From: Archaeoglobaceae archaeon | Lineage (GTDB): Archaea; Halobacteriota; Archaeoglobi; Archaeoglobales; Archaeoglobaceae | Length of the DNA: 22,730 nucleotides | Assembly: GCA_038893835.1 (NCBI GenBank) | Contig: JAWAQR010000021.1 | Location: 1 to 22,730 of the forward strand | Direction: 5' to 3' | Shown: in pieces, positions 18,202 through 22,730 of the stretch | How the letters are laid out: every line of letters begins with the position of its first letter | Numbering within the stretch: position 1 is the first letter of the stretch | Translations under genes and position numbers: made by a program | Notes under the pieces: model-generated | Databases searched by the model: none | Seen by the model: the letters and a program-made list of their open reading frames with translations, nothing else | Told to the model about the DNA's origin: nothing

Positions 18202-19163
18202 AAGGAGTAAGCTTTATAACAGGTTCTACATCCCTCAGGTAATTCCCGGGAGAAATAAATTCTTTCCTCAAACATTTTTCTGAAATTTACGTAATCTTTA
18301 CACTTCCAAACACTCTTAAAGTCCTCAGCTCTTCCAAAATAAACTTTCCTAACTCTCCTTTCTTCCCCTTTAAAATATCTGACTATCCATTCTCCATTTG
18401 TTGGAAGATGAAGATACGCGCAGGGTGCAATCAGACCTTCTACTGTAACAAAGCAATTTCTAATCGGATTCTCTGCACAAACTGCAGCCTCTTCAAACTT
18501 CAAAGGTCTGACAACAAATTCTATCCCGATTTCTTCAGCCCTTCTTTTTGCCCTTTCAACGATTTCAAATATTTCTCTATCAACCTCGTTCGAAAAAACT
18601 TCCAAGCCAACTAGGTTTTTGGAAGGTATGTAATCCAAGTTGTTGGCGATTACCTGATCGACACCAATCTTCTTTGCCATTTCAACTAGAGCTGGGAGCT
18701 CAGCTATCGTGTTTCTCATCATCAGCGTCGCAATAACGATTTTTGGTCTCTTTTTTCTCAAAGCCAATTCCTGGATTTTTGGAGCTATTTCCTCAATCCT
18801 GCTTTTCCTAACTTCTCTCTGAGCATTTATCCCAGCAATTGATACTGCTAGCAAATCCAGCTTGAGCAAACTTTCTTTCCATTCATCGATCAGCAGACCA
18901 TTCGTAGTCAAACCTACTCTACACTTTTTCTTCGCAAACTCTATCATCTCTCCTATTTCGGAATTCAACAAAGGTTCTCCCCAGCCCTGCAGATGCGCAT
19001 AGCTGAATTTGCTAAAGGGCAATTTCTTGAAATCCTCAAAATCCATGTCCATCGATTTCCATTCAAAAAAAGATCTCGGACACATTAGACAGCTCAACTG
19101 ACATCTCGTTGAAACCTCTACCTGAATCGAGTTTAGTTTAAAAAAAGGAAAAAGAAGGGACAT
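18198..19163 (-). CDS. Radical SAM/SPASM-domain protein
   Basis: CQLSCLMC, HLQGWGEPLL, TTNG, and C-terminal C..CFVTVEGLIAPC...CRTC auxiliary-cluster motif. ATG abuts the upstream TAG. Confidence 0.92.
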   Translation of the reverse strand: MSLLFPFFKLNSIQVEVSTRCQLSCLMCPRSFFEWKSMDMDFEDFKKLPFSKFSYAHLQGWGEPLLNSEIGEMIEFAKKKCRVGLTTNGLLIDEWKESLLKLDLLAVSIAGINAQREVRKSRIEEIAPKIQELALRKKRPKIVIATLMMRNTIAELPALVEMAKKIGVDQVIANNLDYIPSKNLVGLEVFSNEVDREIFEIVERAKRRAEEIGIEFVVRPLKFEEAAVCAENPIRNCFVTVEGLIAPCAYLHLPTNGEWIVRYFKGEERRVRKVYFGRAEDFKSVWKCKDYVNFRKMFEERIYFSRELPEGCRTCYKAYSL

Positions 19164-19490
19164 CTAAGATTTTTTCTTCTCTTCCTTAACCGTCTCAAAT
19201 TTTGGAGTCATTTCCAGCATTTTGTTGTATATCTCATCTTGTTGCTTTTCTATTTGTTCAATCAACTTCTTGAAGCTTTCAAAGACCTTTGTCTGCGAAT
19301 CTGAGTATAGCTGAATTGCCTTCCTTATACTCTCAAAGCTCTCCCCAGGGACTAGCTGGCGAACGTAGAATTCATACATGCTTATGTAGCTATCCATCCC
19401 CACTTTCAAAAGGTCCAAAGATGTCTTAGCTATTCCGAACGCCATCTTGTAAAATCCCCTTCCCGCTTCCAAAAACTCCCTCATCTCCAT
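19164..19490 (-). CDS. All-helical amphipathic protein, phasin (PhaP)-like (108 aa)
   Basis: ATG at 19490 preceded by GGGGGTGG SD. No Cys, Trp or His and only two Pro, with a central VPG break between helical segments. Lies directly after a PhaR-like gene. The CDS is solid; the phasin call is inference. Confidence 0.55.
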   Translation of the reverse strand: MEMREFLEAGRGFYKMAFGIAKTSLDLLKVGMDSYISMYEFYVRQLVPGESFESIRKAIQLYSDSQTKVFESFKKLIEQIEKQQDEIYNKMLEMTPKFETVKEEKKKS

Positions 19491-19746
19491 ACTTTCCACC
19501 CCCTTCTTTAATTATTATTACTTTAACTATGTCACCATCGTTTATACCCAAAACGATCTTTTCAGCTTCTGGAATTGAAATCCTTCCACCAGCTTGGACC
19601 TTTGCTCTGAAAACAGCTATTTCTCTGCTCACAATGCTGAATCCAACAAAAAATTTCATCATGGATGAGATTGTGTCCATGAAATCTCTCTGCAGCTTCA
19701 GAGCATCTTCCCAGATTTTCTGAAATTCGCTGAAATTTGGAACCAT
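19426..19746 (-). CDS. AbrB/MazE/SpoVT-domain regulator, haloarchaeal PhaR-like
   Basis: C-terminal FRAKVQAGGRISIPEAEKIVLGINDGDIV swapped-hairpin domain, preceded by an F/M-rich amphipathic segment of about 44 aa. The tail overlaps the next gene by 65 nt. The AbrB fold is secure; PhaR orthology is from recalled similarity. Confidence 0.75.
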   Translation of the reverse strand: MVPNFSEFQKIWEDALKLQRDFMDTISSMMKFFVGFSIVSREIAVFRAKVQAGGRISIPEAEKIVLGINDGDIVKVIIIKEGGGKYGDEGVFGSGKGILQDGVRNS

Positions 19747-19752
19747 CTATTG

Positions 19753-19785
19753 GTATTTATTGCCAAAAGTATAAATACTTTTCGG
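19753..19785 (-). promoter_or_regulatory. BRE-TATA of the PhaR-like operon, with overlapping inverted repeats
   Basis: - strand CGAAAAG-TATTTATA ends 23 nt before ATG 19746. Dyads are AAAAGTAT-AA-ATACTTTT (19765-19782) and GTATTTAT-N10-ATAAATAC (19753-19778). Confidence 0.7.
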
Positions 19786-19823
19786 TTTATTAGTTTTTAA
19801 GGATGGCGAAATACTGCGACAGA

Positions 19824-19830
19824 TTTTTAA
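19824..19830 (+). promoter_or_regulatory. Candidate TATA box for fprA
   Basis: TTTTTAA 21 nt before ATG 19852. Confidence 0.4.
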
Positions 19831-19851
19831 CTAATAACACCCATTAAATTC

Positions 19852-21009
19852 ATGAAAGCAGTTCAGATGGCAGAAGACATTTTCTGGGTTGGCGTTCTGG
19901 ATTGGGATGAGAGAGATTTTCACAACTTCCAAACTCCGAGGGGGTTGACTTATAACAGCTATTTAATAATCGATGAAAAAAGGGTTTTGATCGACGTCGT
20001 TAAACGCAAGTTCGTTGGAGAGCATCTAGAAAAGATTTCCAGCATCGTTGATCCGAGTGAATTGGATTATGTCATCGTAAACCACATAGAACCAGATCAT
20101 GCGAGCGGACTTGCGGATGTCATGAAGGTTGCGAAAGATGCTACCATTATCTGTTCCAATAAAGGTAAGGAAGGGATATGTAAGAACTTTGACTGCAAAG
20201 ATTGGAAAATAAACGTTGTAAAAAATGGGGATAAGCTGAAAGTAGGAAAGAGGACGCTTATGTTCATCGACATGACGATGCTCCACTGGCCGGATAGCAT
20301 TGCCACTTATTCGATGGAAGACAAAATCCTTTTCTCAAACGACGCCTTCGGTCAACATATAGCTACTGAAGAGAGATTTGCAGAAGAAATTGGAGTTGAA
20401 GAAGCTTTAAAATGGGCTAAAATCTACTATGCAAACATTCTAATGCCACTATCGCAGCTGGTTAAGAAGAAGCTCGAGGAATTGAAAGATCTGGAAGTCA
20501 AAATGATCCTTCCGAGCCATGGAGTTGCATGGAGAGAGCCAAAAATTATAATAGAAAATTATGCCAAATGGGCGAGCTTTGAAGTTGAGAACAAAGTAGT
20601 AGTCGTTTACGATACGATGTGGGGATCTACGGAGAAACTTGCAAGAGCGATAGCTGATGGTGCTTCAAAAAATGCTAAAGTCAGGATTTTCAACACGAGA
20701 AAGGATTCCTGGACAGAAATAGTTACGGAGATACTGGATGCAAAGGCAATTGCCATTGGGGCTCCAACGATTCACAACTCCATATTTCCACCTGTTGCAG
20801 GATTCTTGAGTTATCTGAGAAGTTTGAGACCAAGAAATAAAAAAGTGCTGGTTTTCGGCTCCTATGGCTGGAATGGGGTTGCTGTGAAGGAAATGGCAAA
20901 GCTGTTTGAGGAACTTGGCTTTGAAGTCATGCAATTTGCAGTCAAATTCAAGCCAACGAAGGAAGAGCTTGAAAAAGCTTATGAACTAGGGGTTGAGTTG
21001 GCAAAATGA
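19852..21009 (+). CDS. fprA: Flavodiiron protein (A-type flavoprotein FprA; O2/NO reductase)
   Basis: TYNSY, HIEPDH, LHWPD, SNDAFGQH and PSHG diiron ligands. Flavodoxin domain YDTMWGSTE, GAPT, GSYGW. Confidence 0.96.
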   Translation: MKAVQMAEDIFWVGVLDWDERDFHNFQTPRGLTYNSYLIIDEKRVLIDVVKRKFVGEHLEKISSIVDPSELDYVIVNHIEPDHASGLADVMKVAKDATIICSNKGKEGICKNFDCKDWKINVVKNGDKLKVGKRTLMFIDMTMLHWPDSIATYSMEDKILFSNDAFGQHIATEERFAEEIGVEEALKWAKIYYANILMPLSQLVKKKLEELKDLEVKMILPSHGVAWREPKIIIENYAKWASFEVENKVVVVYDTMWGSTEKLARAIADGASKNAKVRIFNTRKDSWTEIVTEILDAKAIAIGAPTIHNSIFPPVAGFLSYLRSLRPRNKKVLVFGSYGWNGVAVKEMAKLFEELGFEVMQFAVKFKPTKEELEKAYELGVELAK

Positions 21010-21211
21010 TCCTCGGAATAAGTGGTGGCCACAGAATTCGTGCTGAGCAAGGCACTGGAAATGATGAACGAGGCTGGATTTGAACTTTACGATCTGCTGG
21101 ACAGATGCAGGGCTCTGGTTACGAGAGATTTCGATTTCTTCAGAGAAAAAATTGGAATGGCCATAGCTATGGGGGTAGGAGATCAGGATTTTGGTGCAAA
21201 TTTGAAGTGCT
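21006..21211 (+). pseudogene. Decayed iron-sulfur flavoprotein (Isf / NADPH-dependent FMN reductase family) remnant
   Basis: ATGA-coupled start gives MILGISG. After a frameshift come ATEFVLSKALEMMNEAGFE, LDRCRAL..DFDFFREKIGMAIA and FGANL, in the family order. The Cys motif and most of the core are missing. Confidence 0.75.
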
Positions 21212-21775
21212 ATGAAGGTCGCCTGGGGGATAACGGGAAGCGGTGACAGATTAAGGGAGACTGTTAAAACTATGCTAAAGATAAAGGAAATGTATCCCGA
21301 AGTTGAGATAAGAGTCTACCTTTCTAAGGCAGGACGGCAGGTTGTACTTTATTACAAACTCATGGATTTGTTAAAGGAAAACTTCAAGGTATGGGTGGAA
21401 GTAAATTCGAACTCCCCATTTTTGGCTGGGATGCTTCAGATGAGAAAGTTTGAATTCCTTTTAATCGCCCCAGCGACTTCCAACACTGTGGCAAAACTTG
21501 CAGTAGGGATTGCAGATACCTTGCTCACGAACTCTGCAATAATGGCTTTAAAGGCATTTGTCCCTGTCTACATAATGCCCTCGGATTATAAAGAAGGGAT
21601 TGTTGAAACTGAACTGCCAGATGGGAGAAAGATAAAGATAAGAGTTAGAAAAGAAGATGCTGAAAACGTTCAAAAGCTTTCTAAGATGGATGGAATCTTT
21701 ATTTTAGAAAAACCGGAAGATATTTTTGGCGTTTTTGAAAAGCATTTTGGAAAACGACAATCTTTTCAAAATTAA
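21212..21775 (+). CDS. afpA: Archaeoflavoprotein AfpA (HFCD-superfamily flavoprotein)
   Basis: KVAWGITGSG, LSKAG, APATSNTVAK, IADTLLTN and YIMPSD. No ferredoxin domain, so AfpA rather than DmrX. Confidence 0.88.
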   Translation: MKVAWGITGSGDRLRETVKTMLKIKEMYPEVEIRVYLSKAGRQVVLYYKLMDLLKENFKVWVEVNSNSPFLAGMLQMRKFEFLLIAPATSNTVAKLAVGIADTLLTNSAIMALKAFVPVYIMPSDYKEGIVETELPDGRKIKIRVRKEDAENVQKLSKMDGIFILEKPEDIFGVFEKHFGKRQSFQN

Positions 21776-21804
21776 TTTTAAAAATAAAAGAAAAATATTG
21801 AGAA
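21776..21804 (-). terminator. U-rich terminator between convergent afpA and the surface protein gene
   Basis: - strand TTTTTCTTTTATTTTT shortly after the stop at 21805. Confidence 0.5.
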
Positions 21805-22730
21805 TTACTGTCTTCTCCTAAGCAGATAGGCAATCGCTAAGAGCCCAGCGATTGCGAAGATTGCTTCAAATCCAGGTATTCCTGGTGCTGGTGTTGGAGT
21901 TGGTGTTGGAGTTGGAGTTGGCGTTGGAGTTGGTGTTGGTGTTGGAGTCGGCGTTGGTGTTGGTGTTGGAGTTGGAGTCGGTGTTGGTGTTGGAGTTGGC
22001 GTTGGCATCTCTTTAACGAGCTGGATTGTTCTCTTCACAACTATGTCGTCATGGGCATCGTAGACTTTAGCCATTGGGCTTGCTGGATCGAGATCGTAGA
22101 GATCTTCAACAAAGTCAAGCTCAGTCTTGTCGTTATACTTGCAGGTTCCAGCCGTGTCTCTGACCCAGAGTGCATAGATTCCCTCTGCAAGTCCATAAGT
22201 TTCAAATTCAACCGTTGCTTTCCCTTCACTGTCAAGTGTAACTATCTGCGTTGCCTTATAGTTCACTCCTACGAGCGTTGCATATATGTGATCATATCCT
22301 GCAGGTCCAACTCTGTTCGTTGAAATCTTGACAACTATCTTCTCACCGATGACCACGGTTGAAGGTACTTCAACGTCGAGCGTCTGAGCTACGATTTCAA
22401 CGATCTTCGACGTCCTTGCTGAGTCTATTTCTTCGCCATCTTTGAATCTCATCTTTACTGTGAACAGATACAGCCCTGGCTCAAGTGGATTAGCTCCGGT
22501 GTAATCCTTGAAGTCGATCGTCCAGTTGACATAGTTCTCAGCGTTTGGACGGCTCCATTCAGCTAATCCAAAGTTCTGAGGTCTTGCCTTTACGTTGCTT
22601 CCTTCGAAGACAAAGGTTAGTTCAACGTTCTCTCTCTTTCCAGGATCTGTAAGCACCGCAACTTCTATCCTGCCCTGATATGGTATCTTTGTTGGAATGT
22701 CAACGCTTATAATTCTCGGATCCGTGACAA
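21805..22730 (-). CDS. PGF-CTERM cell-surface / S-layer-like glycoprotein, 3' part (5' end outside window)
   Basis: The frame stays open to the window edge ([14 protein letters not shown]...). Beta-rich domains, a (PT)n linker, then PGF + TM helix + RRRQ, the archaeosortase A signal. Confidence 0.92.
   Translation of the reverse strand, partial: VTDPRIISVDIPTKIPYQGRIEVAVLTDPGKRENVELTFVFEGSNVKARPQNFGLAEWSRPNAENYVNWTIDFKDYTGANPLEPGLYLFTVKMRFKDGEEIDSARTSKIVEIVAQTLDVEVPSTVVIGEKIVVKISTNRVGPAGYDHIYATLVGVNYKATQIVTLDSEGKATVEFETYGLAEGIYALWVRDTAGTCKYNDKTELDFVEDLYDLDPASPMAKVYDAHDDIVVKRTIQLVKEMPTPTPTPTPTPTPTPTPTPTPTPTPTPTPTPTPTPTPTPAPGIPGFEAIFAIAGLLAIAYLLRRRQ
21892..22005 (-). repeat. Coding hexamer tandem repeat encoding (Pro-Thr)19
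   Basis: 19 units of CCR-ACN (+ strand NGTYGG) with synonymous variation. Confidence 0.95.

Noticed and set aside
19164-19746. AbrB gene as the antitoxin of a VapBC/MazEF toxin-antitoxin pair
   Set aside because: The AbrB domain is C-terminal rather than N-terminal, and the downstream protein lacks PIN or MazF features.
21022-21246. 74-aa ORF as a genuine novel protein
   Set aside because: Better explained as in-frame fragments of a decayed Isf gene.
21892-22005. Tandem repeat as a CRISPR array or non-coding satellite
   Set aside because: 6-bp period with no spacers; it encodes the PT linker in frame.

Overview
Gene-dense, low-GC archaeal chromosome segment, most consistent with Archaeoglobaceae. 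The basis is the combination of TBP, class I LysRS, aRF1, Fae-Hps, Dph5, FprA/AfpA and a PGF-CTERM surface protein; the taxonomy is inferred, not searched. Most of the window is housekeeping: tyrS-tbp-HAD; lysS-radical SAM-DUF2551-uppS-prf1; fae-hps-tpiA; a GPN GTPase; a RecJ-like DHH protein; two-subunit fumarase-dph5-OB fold; fprA-afpA. The most interesting element is a tightly coupled minus-strand operon at 17857-19746. It encodes an AbrB-domain regulator resembling haloarchaeal PhaR, then an all-helical phasin (PhaP)-like protein, a radical SAM/SPASM enzyme and a GIY-YIG protein, under a promoter with overlapping dyads. This suggests a storage-granule (PHA-like) module in a lineage where I know of no such system; no phaE/phaC lies in the window. 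Other features not evident from the ORF track are a 25-aa single-TM microprotein filling the dph5-OB fold gap, a deletion-riddled iron-sulfur flavoprotein pseudogene between fprA and afpA, tandem palindromic TATA boxes in front of tbp, and a hydantoinase-like protein with degenerate ATP-binding motifs. No rRNA, tRNA, CRISPR array or mobile element was seen.
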